64,000 bases of DNA from a virus. The stretch's first letter is position 1. Every line of letters begins with the position of its first letter. The position numbers were made by a program, and so were the translations under genes. Positions 55,665-64,000 of this stretch are shown here, in pieces. The notes beneath the pieces were generated by a model. The model searched no databases. It saw only the letters and a program-made list of their open reading frames with translations, and was not told the origin of the DNA. The stretch lies in the IMG/VR virus record IMGVR_UViG_3300045988_147821, positions 32,001-96,000 of that record; one strand, 5' to 3'.

Positions 55665-56348
55665 TTATTTATCAAGGTTCCAGCCCATTTCAAGACAGGC
55701 TGTTTCCAACATTTCATTTATCTTCTCCATCGCTTCCATATCAATATCCTTACGGGATGATAGCCACACCTTTTCATTAGGTATTTCATAGGTCTTGATA
55801 TGCTTCTTGACAGCTTCCACATCCATTTCACATCCTACTTCATAATGGAACTCATACGATTTTGAATAGTGCATAAAGTAATCAAAATAGTTCCATGAAT
55901 TATTTTCTTTTTCATGAATCTTGGTGTCCTCATACATGGAAGGCCTATTGTATGACATCTTAGGACGGATTACAACTTTGGATAATCCATGTGCTGCCTT
56001 ATAGAAGCCTTGTGGCCACATTGAACCATTTGTTTCCATTATAACCTCATAACCTTTTTCAGTTATGGTTTCAATGAAATGTTTCATGTTTCTTCGCATA
56101 CATGGCTCACCCCCTGTTATGAATACTCTCTTGATATTAGGATGCTTTTGCATCATTTCAAGAACATATTCTTCATCAAGAGTATTCTCACCTGTTCTGC
56201 TGACAGAATAGCGCGAACAATACTTACATCTCAAATTACATCCTGCAACAGTTACTATTATGGCTGAAAAACCACGGGAACTGCCACTAGGAATGAACCC
56301 TAGCACAATTGAATGTGCTAGAAATCTTTCATCTTTCTTTTCTTCCAC
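55665..56348 (-). CDS. radical SAM enzyme, QueE-like (7-carboxy-7-deazaguanine synthase family) or NrdG-like activase
   Basis: CNLRCKYC (CX3CX2C) cluster motif and ITGGEPCM....ETNGS. Confidence 0.65.
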   Translation of the reverse strand: MEEKKDERFLAHSIVLGFIPSGSSRGFSAIIVTVAGCNLRCKYCSRYSVSRTGENTLDEEYVLEMMQKHPNIKRVFITGGEPCMRRNMKHFIETITEKGYEVIMETNGSMWPQGFYKAAHGLSKVVIRPKMSYNRPSMYEDTKIHEKENNSWNYFDYFMHYSKSYEFHYEVGCEMDVEAVKKHIKTYEIPNEKVWLSSRKDIDMEAMEKINEMLETACLEMGWNLDK

Positions 56349-56354
56349 CGTATG

Positions 56355-56885
56355 TTATTTTAAAAGTTCGTCACAATCAAATTCCTCCAATGTAAGCAAG
56401 GTTACGAAATTATATGGAACATAAATCTTTCGTTTGTCATGTATAATGCAAACCTCTTCCATTTCCGCATCATTATCGACAACCTTATATGGTTTTCCTC
56501 TGAACGTTACCCAATGACCACGTTTTACGAATGATTTCTTGTCATACCATCTTACTAAATCACCCTTGTTCCCATAGGTCAGATTAGGAAGCCCATAAGG
56601 ATTGAGGAATTTCTTGTAGTACATTTCTTCAAGAAGCGTTTCACGGTCAAAGATTGTAAGACAGCCCATTTTCTTGGACATATCCACTATCTTTTCTCTC
56701 TTTTTCTTCGCTATCTCTGCATTGATAGACTTGACTTTCGGATCATCATAGAAAATGCTTCTCATTTTTCTTGATATAAATTCCATTTGTAGAAGTTCAA
56801 TGAACTCACCCACTGAAAGACGGTTCATTTTTTCAATATCTTCGCTCATTTTTATTGCAATAATTAAAGTTAGACATCTCCCCAA
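56355..56885 (-). CDS. hypothetical protein
   Basis: 176-aa ORF. Confidence 0.5.
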   Translation of the reverse strand: MGRCLTLIIAIKMSEDIEKMNRLSVGEFIELLQMEFISRKMRSIFYDDPKVKSINAEIAKKKREKIVDMSKKMGCLTIFDRETLLEEMYYKKFLNPYGLPNLTYGNKGDLVRWYDKKSFVKRGHWVTFRGKPYKVVDNDAEMEEVCIIHDKRKIYVPYNFVTLLTLEEFDCDELLK

Positions 56886-56887
56886 AG

Positions 56888-57898
56888 TTAAATCAATCTA
56901 CTGAAAAAATCAAACGGAGTAGCAAGATTATCAAGTGCATCCCAAAGTTCATTTTCAGTTGCATCTCCTGGATCTATTTTCTTATTTTTCAATAACGCTA
57001 TCCATGTTTCAAAACTACGTGATACAGTGATTGCAGCCGAAGCAATATTTTCCGTCACATCAGGGTCATACATGATAACTATCTCCTTCACTCCCGCCTT
57101 CTTTTTCAATAAGGCAACCTGTTCCCTTGATATGGAATTTCCGAACGTAAAACAACATCTTACGGCTTCCGAATCCTGTAAATGCAGCTTATTATCTACA
57201 TTGATATAGTCAAACAGTCCTTCCACCACAATAACACATTGTGTATTGTCGGTTATATTGTCGTATGCACCTATTATCTTTCGGAAATTAGTCTTGCTGT
57301 TCTCGTATCTTAACTGCAACCTTGCTTTTCCCTGCTTTGCATCCTTTAGATTCTGTATATGAAATTCCTTTGATTTTCTTGAACGTGCCAACCATGCAAC
57401 TACCCTGTTATTCATCTTTATCTTGAATATGATATAATCCCTTAATTTTCTTTCAAGAATAAAATTGGTTACAGACGGTTCAAACAACCTGTAATGGTGT
57501 TCCGTGAATCCACGTCTTTTCAGATAAGGGTCACTATCAACAGGAAGCAGTTCAAGTCTTTTAGGAAGTTCCATTTCGGGAAGTTCACCATCTTCATCCT
57601 CATCATCATTTTCATCATTAAACATAGGAAGGCTGTCTTTTTTCAAGGTATTCTGAAAATCCTTGTGCCAAAGATCTGTCCGGTTTATCTTTTTCAGATA
57701 GCTGAATAGAGAGGTTTTTGTGTTGCAGTACCAACAGTGATACACCATCACATTATCCTCCTTGTTTATCAGCAACCCCCATTTGCCACCCCTGCCACAA
57801 AATGCGCATGGCTCATTCTTGTTCTGCATCCACCCCTGTGCTCCAAAAGGGGTAAGATTCAGTTCGGCTTTAAGTTCATCGACATCAATCTTAGCCAT
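56888..57898 (-). CDS. DNA primase (zinc finger plus TOPRIM)
   Basis: CAFCGRGGKW...HCWYCN zinc ribbon. TOPRIM VVEGLFDY and IMYDPD. Confidence 0.7.
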   Translation of the reverse strand: MAKIDVDELKAELNLTPFGAQGWMQNKNEPCAFCGRGGKWGLLINKEDNVMVYHCWYCNTKTSLFSYLKKINRTDLWHKDFQNTLKKDSLPMFNDENDDEDEDGELPEMELPKRLELLPVDSDPYLKRRGFTEHHYRLFEPSVTNFILERKLRDYIIFKIKMNNRVVAWLARSRKSKEFHIQNLKDAKQGKARLQLRYENSKTNFRKIIGAYDNITDNTQCVIVVEGLFDYINVDNKLHLQDSEAVRCCFTFGNSISREQVALLKKKAGVKEIVIMYDPDVTENIASAAITVSRSFETWIALLKNKKIDPGDATENELWDALDNLATPFDFFSRLI

Positions 57899-57901
57899 AT
57901 C

Positions 57902-59338
57902 CTATACATCATTCTTTACACGGTTTTCCTTTTTCAATTTCTCTTTCTTCTGTACCTTCTGAATCTCAATGGGATTCAGATAGCCGGACATGGCAATGGT
58001 TTCCTTGGCATTATAGAACGCCCCCTTGTCATAATTGGTGGCTATCAGATATGTTTTCCCTACCTGTTTAAAGTCACGTAACTTATCCGTATAGATACGC
58101 AATCTGTTATTGTCACGTTCCGCCTGCGTCCTGTTTCCTGTAAACACATAGGAGAATGTTTTTACAAGCGTCTTGTCACCTTCCGTATATGAACGATCAA
58201 TTACCCTGTCTGGACTGTTCCATATTTCAACAGGAACATTGGAAGCCTGTGTGGCTGTTATTCCGGCTATATGGAACTCATTGCATATATCCTTGAATCG
58301 CTGTGCGTTTTTTTGTAACCTGTATTTCAGAAAATTAGGATTGGTATCTACCTGTGCATTCTCTCCTGTTATGGCAAGATCAAGTGAATCGAGTATGAGT
58401 TCATCGGGGAAATACCCATGTGCCTTGTAATATTCAAGTACAATATTGCGTACTTCCATCATGGACGCTTCCCCATATTTCTCGAACCCGTACACCTCTA
58501 TATCCGAACCTAGAAGAGTTTCCACATCCCTTGCGGTCTTTCTGAACAAATCCATCTCCTTTTCGGAAAGTTCACCTTTTCTTACTTTCATGTACGGATG
58601 CCCTGTAACGATTTGATCATATTTGGAAAGACATGCACTTACACCTCCTTCAAGCTGTATGTGCAAGACTTTCTTCCCATCCATACAGGCCCTGTATCCA
58701 TGCCATTTCAGAACGGTTGACTTTCCTTCTCCCGAACGCAGAATCCACAGTACGGTATCACCCTTGTCTATTCCTCCATAGGAAATTTCATCAAGTACAT
58801 CTATCCCGAACGTCACTTTGTTTCCCGTAGAATCCTTTTCCCTGAACTCCCTGTTCTGTTTCATGCGTTCCTCAAATCCACGGAATACCTTCTTGAAATT
58901 TCCTACGGCATTTCTAAGGGATATTTCGTGTATCTCCTTTGATTCTTCCGTTGCCGTGAATATTGCTTCTTCGACCTTGTTTTCTTCGTACAGGTCATGG
59001 ATTTTGTTTACCATTTCCTTGAAGCGTATCTTTTTTACATACGCTTCAAGCTGGCTTATTATCAATTCCTTATCAGGCTTATCTGTTTCCTTTATCTCGT
59101 CCACAGCTTCCTGGACAGCATCATTGTCACTGAACTTCTGCGATATGAACCCTAATGAGGGAATAATGTTCTTATCGTCATATATTGCAACCGCTTCCCT
59201 TAGAAGAACCTTATATCCCGGCATCTCTTTAGGGATGAACTGATATTTCAGGTATCTTTTGCACAGGAACAACACATCCTTGTCCATAAATACCATCTTA
59301 AACAGTTCGGGTATGAAATTGGCACTTAGTTTTTCCAT
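57902..59338 (-). CDS. dnaB: replicative DNA helicase, DnaB-like
   Basis: Walker A RSGEGKST, Walker B ELILDSLD, RecA-like C-terminal domain, adjacent to the primase. Confidence 0.75.
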   Translation of the reverse strand: MEKLSANFIPELFKMVFMDKDVLFLCKRYLKYQFIPKEMPGYKVLLREAVAIYDDKNIIPSLGFISQKFSDNDAVQEAVDEIKETDKPDKELIISQLEAYVKKIRFKEMVNKIHDLYEENKVEEAIFTATEESKEIHEISLRNAVGNFKKVFRGFEERMKQNREFREKDSTGNKVTFGIDVLDEISYGGIDKGDTVLWILRSGEGKSTVLKWHGYRACMDGKKVLHIQLEGGVSACLSKYDQIVTGHPYMKVRKGELSEKEMDLFRKTARDVETLLGSDIEVYGFEKYGEASMMEVRNIVLEYYKAHGYFPDELILDSLDLAITGENAQVDTNPNFLKYRLQKNAQRFKDICNEFHIAGITATQASNVPVEIWNSPDRVIDRSYTEGDKTLVKTFSYVFTGNRTQAERDNNRLRIYTDKLRDFKQVGKTYLIATNYDKGAFYNAKETIAMSGYLNPIEIQKVQKKEKLKKENRVKNDV

Positions 59339-59349
59339 AAAAATTAAAA

Positions 59350-62175
59350 TTAAAGCATTGTTACCACAGGTTCACTTCCCTTACCTTCTTTCAATGACTG
59401 ATAGGCAATGAATATAGAGGACACGCAATCATCATGACCGGACCCTGCTTCAAGTTTCCCTTTGTCAGAGCGGAATGTAATGGAAGAAAACTCGGAAAAC
59501 AGATAATCCGTTTTCTCTTTTGTTGTCCCTGCCTTGTATGGTATCTTGAACTGACCTCTTTCAAAGAGTGCTGCAAGACTGGCCCATCCGTTATGTAAAT
59601 CCTTCTTGTTTCCTTCTGTCGTAGTAAATGTATCTATATTCATTAATCCACGTTCCCTTGCCAATCCTGCAAGAATGGATTGGAATCCGTTGGATTCACA
59701 TACCACCTTGTTAGGTCTGAACATCTGATCCAATACCACTATCTTATCCACCTGTTCATTGTGACTTGCACCTTTAAGGCGTTCGTAATAGATTAGGTAG
59801 TAGTTTTTCATTGCATCCATGCCAACAACAGAGTAAACGGTAAAGTCTGCTCCGATATTACCTGATATGGCAAAATCCACACCTATAACAACCCGTGTCA
59901 TTTTAATAGGGAAATTATCGACAGTCGTTGCATAATCCACATTTTCCATCCCTATCGTAGTACGTTTAAGGATATCGTATGGAAATATAGACGAACTATC
60001 GTCAATAGGAATAACAAGGTACTCACGTGCAAATACGGTTGTTCCAAGTTCTTCCTTCTTTCTTATAAGGTCCTCAAATGTATATCTGTCGGGGGCAAGC
60101 GGTCTGCCATCGGGGAAAATTATAGGATATTCAAAACACTTGAAACGCTTGTCGGCTTTTATCACCTTATACAAGTCCGATTCAGCATTGGAAAACGGTG
60201 TTCCCGATATAATGAAATATCCGAACGGTTCCACTGTCGGTTCAATCGTACCTTTGATAAGTTCCTTTATCTTCTGCCGTGCTTCTTCACTGTAAAGACT
60301 TGATTCATCCGGCATATCGTCCACTACACATGCCCCGGTATGCAAACCACGGATTGCAGAACTGGCACCTCTGATATGGATTATCGCACCTGTTTCAGTC
60401 TGAACGCCCATTTCACCAATCTTGGCCCGATTATTAGGATTCAACTTCTCCTTTATGATTTCGTTGTTATCTATCTCATTGATAATCTTTGTCATGTGTG
60501 CCTTACATAACTGGATAGAAGATGATATGAGAGAGGTTTCCTTGTAATTATTGTTGAACACCATATACCTTGGATCATCCCATGAATGTGGCACATCATA
60601 GCCGTATAACCGCCATAAAGGAAAGGCATAACAATACTGATAACTGTTATGTGCAACAGTTCCATCAGCAAGTAAAAACTTGTGATCACCGTCACAGGCA
60701 AATCCATAATATTCACCTTCCCCCACAGGATGTACAGTCAAGGAAGATACTTGTGGATCTTGAACCTGTTCCACATACTGAACCTGTTTCCTTTTGATTC
60801 TGGTGGGAAGATTATGTAATTTACCCGATATATTCATACGATAAAAAACATAATCTTTCAGTATGTATTCACCTCTTTTCTTCGACTTTACTTTTATATT
60901 CTTACACTCTCTTTTTACAGTCTTACATCTGAATCCAAGTGACCATGCAAGTTGTTGTACTTGATAAGCAAGTTTTTCATCTTTGGATGAATACTCAAAA
61001 GACCTGCCTGTTTTTGGTAAACCCAATCTCTTTGCCCTGTCTGCATCACAACAACCATCTGTATCTAGTAATCCTGCCAGCAATTCCAGTCGTTGTTGTC
61101 GGGATGCCCTCATGTATATATCAGGAATATGCTTGTTATTTAAAAGCCCCATATCCTTCAATATCTTTGTTAAAGGCAACACGGTATCTGATTTTTTACT
61201 CCTTCCCCTATACCTAGGAATTTTTGGATCATATATCTGTGACCTTAACGACCCTCTTTTGTAACAACCATTTCTATAACTGGCAACACTCAATCCAAGT
61301 CTTTCAGCATATTCACATAGATATTCATATATTTCAATATCGGGTTTTGATATACAAGAATTATGTGAATACCCATCCCCCAACCATATCCCTAAAAAAT
61401 ATGGTTCCAACGGAAGTTCCTTTTCAGGCAAATCCCATCCTTCAACTCTGTACCCGGAAATTTTCTTTTGGCTATATCCAGGGTGTTTCGGGATATCTTG
61501 CACAGGAATTTCCTTATATATTATTTCAGAATAGGATTTATGCGGTTTTTTACTTACCTCAACCCTTCTAAGATATCTTGCACAAATAAGATGCCCTTCA
61601 TTCACTGCATAATCCATTGCATAGGATTGTTTCACCTTATACATAGGAGCGATGCCATGATGTAATTCAAGTACCGTTCTTGGTGTTGAATCAATTCCCA
61701 TCACCTTATCACCTACCTTAATGTCCTGTATCATTTTTGTACTTCCATCAGCCATAACAACGTAAGTACCTGGTTCCAAGCACTTTCCACTTCCGCGTGA
61801 TGCAAGATAACTACTCCAAGGATATAGCTGCATCAGAGATCCCTGTTCCAGATTACGCCAGTTCATGCGGAAGTTGGAGAGCACGGTTGTACAGAAATAG
61901 TTGAACGACATCTTTTTCAACTGTAAATCCATGGACGCTTTTAGATTATCCAAGTAATCCAAACTTTCCGAATCAATGGTTTTTCCTATGAACATGGCTT
62001 TCTCTGCCGACATCATCATCGAATGAATCAGAGCATCAATGTCACCCATATACCCTGTCGTGAGTTCATCTATTGCCTTTGTGGGAAGTTTGGATATGAT
62101 GGTTTCCACCGTATCAAACAACCTTCTTTCCTGCAAGGATGTAAGGGTTACGTTTTTATCAATAGAATCAATCAT
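59350..62175 (-). CDS. terL: terminase large subunit interrupted by an intein
   Basis: The exteins read YLASRGSGK|SYQY (Walker A). Nuclease domain IGVDFAISGNIGADFTVYSVVG. Confidence 0.8.
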   Translation of the reverse strand: MIDSIDKNVTLTSLQERRLFDTVETIISKLPTKAIDELTTGYMGDIDALIHSMMMSAEKAMFIGKTIDSESLDYLDNLKASMDLQLKKMSFNYFCTTVLSNFRMNWRNLEQGSLMQLYPWSSYLASRGSGKCLEPGTYVVMADGSTKMIQDIKVGDKVMGIDSTPRTVLELHHGIAPMYKVKQSYAMDYAVNEGHLICARYLRRVEVSKKPHKSYSEIIYKEIPVQDIPKHPGYSQKKISGYRVEGWDLPEKELPLEPYFLGIWLGDGYSHNSCISKPDIEIYEYLCEYAERLGLSVASYRNGCYKRGSLRSQIYDPKIPRYRGRSKKSDTVLPLTKILKDMGLLNNKHIPDIYMRASRQQRLELLAGLLDTDGCCDADRAKRLGLPKTGRSFEYSSKDEKLAYQVQQLAWSLGFRCKTVKRECKNIKVKSKKRGEYILKDYVFYRMNISGKLHNLPTRIKRKQVQYVEQVQDPQVSSLTVHPVGEGEYYGFACDGDHKFLLADGTVAHNSYQYCYAFPLWRLYGYDVPHSWDDPRYMVFNNNYKETSLISSSIQLCKAHMTKIINEIDNNEIIKEKLNPNNRAKIGEMGVQTETGAIIHIRGASSAIRGLHTGACVVDDMPDESSLYSEEARQKIKELIKGTIEPTVEPFGYFIISGTPFSNAESDLYKVIKADKRFKCFEYPIIFPDGRPLAPDRYTFEDLIRKKEELGTTVFAREYLVIPIDDSSSIFPYDILKRTTIGMENVDYATTVDNFPIKMTRVVIGVDFAISGNIGADFTVYSVVGMDAMKNYYLIYYERLKGASHNEQVDKIVVLDQMFRPNKVVCESNGFQSILAGLARERGLMNIDTFTTTEGNKKDLHNGWASLAALFERGQFKIPYKAGTTKEKTDYLFSEFSSITFRSDKGKLEAGSGHDDCVSSIFIAYQSLKEGKGSEPVVTML
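60646..61782 (-). mobile_element. class-1 intein with LAGLIDADG endonuclease (379 aa, residues 132-510) in the TerL P-loop
   Basis: CLEPGTYVVMADGS (block A), NEGH (block B), LGIWLGDGYS and LLAGLLDTDGC (LAGLIDADG x2), LLADGTVAHN followed by +1 Ser. Confidence 0.85.
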
Positions 62176-62999
62176 ATTTTCAATCCTTTAAATATGTGGC
62201 ATATCACATCCACGGTCCATCCATCTCCAAGCAATCCCATTCCTATATGTGGTTCCACTGATTTGGTATAACCTTCTGGAACGGTCTGCAATCTTTCCGC
62301 TTCCGTAATATTAGGTGTTCTAAAGCCATTTTTCGGATTACAGTCAGGTGAATTGAATATCAATGGTGTAAGAGATTTCCTATACCTTCTCAACAGTGAT
62401 TCGGGGTTCTTGGCAAACCTGTTCCATGATTCAAGCATACACCACGACTTGTCTTTCTCCACATACCCGTCCGTGATGATGTCCTTGAACAATATCCCCT
62501 TGTCCTTCCATGCAGGTATTTTCCAGTTGCACCAGTAGTATCTTCCTCTCATTTGTGCAGAAAAATCCGAACTGTTGATATACACATAATCAACATCCAA
62601 ATATTGTGATATGATGTTAGCCCATTCGGATTTCATCTTCACGTTTTCCAATAGGAATTTTACATTAGGATTGAATTGTCTGATATGATTAAGTATATCA
62701 ACATATTTGAAAAACAATCCTGAACGCTCTCCGTCAAAATTGAGTTTTTCTTTCCCTAACTGTGAAAAATCCTGGCATGGTGTTCCTCCAATCAATAAAT
62801 CAATATCTTTCCACTGTATATCCCATTCTTTCCAATTTTTTAGATCACCCAATTCAACAATATCAGGATAATTGTTTAATGCCACTTTAATGGAAGGAGC
62901 ATTTATTTCGCTTGCATAATATCTTTCCACTGTATATCCCATTCTTTCCAGTGCAATACGTCCGCAAGCTATCCCGTCACATAAACTCAATACATTCAT
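62172..62999 (-). CDS. DNA (cytosine-5) methyltransferase
   Basis: Motif I LSLCDGIACG, motif IV GGTPCQDFS, motif VI LLENV, QMRGRYY, RLQTVPEGY, GDGWTV. Confidence 0.85.
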   Translation of the reverse strand: MNVLSLCDGIACGRIALERMGYTVERYYASEINAPSIKVALNNYPDIVELGDLKNWKEWDIQWKDIDLLIGGTPCQDFSQLGKEKLNFDGERSGLFFKYVDILNHIRQFNPNVKFLLENVKMKSEWANIISQYLDVDYVYINSSDFSAQMRGRYYWCNWKIPAWKDKGILFKDIITDGYVEKDKSWCMLESWNRFAKNPESLLRRYRKSLTPLIFNSPDCNPKNGFRTPNITEAERLQTVPEGYTKSVEPHIGMGLLGDGWTVDVICHIFKGLKI

Positions 63000-64000
63000 C
63001 GTCTTAAATATTTAAATATATGTTTAATTGTTTCTATGTTCCATCCGTTTCCAAGCATCTTGTAACGCTGTGTGTCAGATATTCCATCCCATATATATCG
63101 TTCAGGAACGGTTTGAAGCCGTGCACACTCGGTTGGGGTAAGACGTCTAATTTTTGCACCAATTTGAACACATGGTTGTGCGTTTCCGTCATTTCTAGCC
63201 CTTGCCATCAGTGTACATGATTTACCCGATTTAATTTCACGGAAGTGTTTTCCTCCGAATGTACGTATCGTTCCCGAAACAATTATCAGGTTATCCTTTT
63301 GTACTGTTGTAAGGCAATTGGTTTTTCCATCTTCCCTAGGTTCAAGCCGTTGGATGTTCTTTATCTGTTCCTTTACAATCCCGGCTTCATATTCCTTTCT
63401 TATCTTTTTTTCATATTCGGTTCTTTTTGGAGTAAGGCAGGCTGTCATCGCAACACATGTCGGATCATTTCCCGTCTTTACCCTGCCCTTCAAGCATTCA
63501 ATCATCTTGTCAGACAAGAAATATTTTTCATCAACCTCTTCTTCAAGGATATCCTTTAAAAGTATTCCCCTATCTTCCGGCTGTGGAATATTGTCATGGA
63601 TATCCGTCCAGTATATGCGCCTTCTGTTTTGTGCCGATACAAGTGCAGAATTGATATGAATACCCTTTCTTCCCAATATATCATTGAACACGCTCTCCCA
63701 CTTCTTTCCCATCTCTACATTTTCAAGAAAGAATTTAGGATTGTCGCCACGTTCAAGAAGATCGTTATAAATACGAATGTATTCCCAAAACAAATAGGAT
63801 TGTCCTTCAAATTCAAAACCGTTTTCCTTCAGTTCAAGGTACATTTCCAAATCAAAAATATCTACCCCCTCCTTTGTTGAAAGACCTTTTCTTTTCCCGG
63901 CCATAGACAATGACTGACACGGGCTTCCTCCGATTAGCAAATCTATCTTATCGAGTTTGTTTATATCAAGTTCCCTTATGTCACCTACCTGTATCGTATT
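62996..64000 (-). CDS. second DNA (cytosine-5) methyltransferase (5' end beyond the window)
   Basis: GGSPCQSLS, FLENV, QNRRRIY, RLQTVPERY, GNGWNI. The frame stays open from 63940 to base 64000 (NTIQVGDIRELDINKLDKIDLLIGG), so the true start and motif I lie outside the window. Confidence 0.85.
   Translation of the reverse strand, partial: NTIQVGDIRELDINKLDKIDLLIGGSPCQSLSMAGKRKGLSTKEGVDIFDLEMYLELKENGFEFEGQSYLFWEYIRIYNDLLERGDNPKFFLENVEMGKKWESVFNDILGRKGIHINSALVSAQNRRRIYWTDIHDNIPQPEDRGILLKDILEEEVDEKYFLSDKMIECLKGRVKTGNDPTCVAMTACLTPKRTEYEKKIRKEYEAGIVKEQIKNIQRLEPREDGKTNCLTTVQKDNLIIVSGTIRTFGGKHFREIKSGKSCTLMARARNDGNAQPCVQIGAKIRRLTPTECARLQTVPERYIWDGISDTQRYKMLGNGWNIETIKHIFKYLRR

Noticed and set aside
50153-59338. 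Additional inteins in DnaE, DnaB or primase (common intein hosts)
   Set aside because: Protein lengths are normal. The conserved motifs (DnaE GPGRGS/DIDTDF, DnaB Walker A/B) are contiguous, with no Cys...HN-bounded insert.
609-62175. Numerous 60-190 aa ORFs on the strand opposite to, or nested within, long minus-strand genes (for example 1008..1346, 9907..10224, 37489..38061, 43367..43834, 51086..51460, 58818..59243)
   Set aside because: They lie entirely inside well-supported genes with recognisable motifs, have biased low-complexity composition, and lack start context. They are treated as shadow ORFs.
1-64000. tRNA, tmRNA or rRNA genes
   Set aside because: I looked for T-arm-like GGTTCGAATCC/GGTTCAAATCC motifs and their complements and for acceptor-like ends in the non-coding regions, and found none. 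The scan was by eye only, so tRNAscan-SE/ARAGORN should confirm.
1-64000. Stop-codon recoding (alternative genetic code), as seen in some gut phages
   Set aside because: Long structural and replication genes (MCP, portal, DnaE, TerL, SbcC) are intact ORFs under the standard code. The gene deserts do not resolve into long ORFs when a single stop is read through by eye.

Overview
This window is a 64-kb segment of a tailed dsDNA phage genome. The host is most likely a member of Bacteroidota: TAnnTTTG -7 promoter boxes recur upstream of genes, start codons lack Shine-Dalgarno sequences, and there are BACON-like Ig repeats and a DUF4494-like gene. No rRNA, tRNA, CRISPR array, integrase or reverse transcriptase was seen.

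Layout:
(a) 1-16.3 kb, minus strand: head morphogenesis module. Order is portal, MuF/SPP1-gp7-like head protein, two orphan Hint ORFs, a Nudix-domain protein, prohead protease, scaffold, major capsid protein. It also holds three paralogous putative decoration proteins, a holin-like protein and a wHTH protein.
(b) 16.3-17.1 kb: ORF-free, relatively G+C-rich, helix-rich element.
(c) 17.1-21.9 kb: small island that breaks the minus-strand gene order. It is mostly plus-strand (membrane zincin, nucleotidyltransferase-fold protein, XRE-type HTH) with two minus-strand genes (spermidine-synthase-fold MTase, small ORF).
(d) 21.9-23.75 kb: 1.9-kb gene desert holding terminators, palindromes, 10-bp phased repeats and an A+T-rich block.
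(e) 23.75-30.7 kb, minus strand: small unknown genes arranged as cassettes behind a ~140-155 bp repeat present three times (terminator hairpin plus promoter), and a 9-copy ACTTCCTCA array.
(f) 30.9-33.3 kb: displaced mini-module (cell-wall-enzyme-like protein, LamG-like putative receptor-binding protein, small gene broken at a G9 tract).
(g) 33.4-59.3 kb, minus strand: replication and recombination genes. These are RNase H, SNF2 helicase, NAD-ligase, RuvC-like, SbcCD, RecA, DnaE-type Pol III alpha, MazG, a radical-SAM QueE-like protein, primase and DnaB.
(h) 59.3-64 kb: large terminase and two adjacent C5 DNA methyltransferases.

The most notable feature is the load of Hint/intein domains. There are three in-frame class-1 inteins: in the TerL P-loop, in the RecA P-loop, and in the HPxCRC motif of the MuF-like protein. 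There are also three free-standing, catalytically degenerate Hint-only ORFs. Two of these sit between the MuF gene and a head-module Nudix protein, an order reminiscent of MuF polymorphic-toxin/effector architecture.

All functional calls rest on motifs read by eye and on synteny. No database search was possible.
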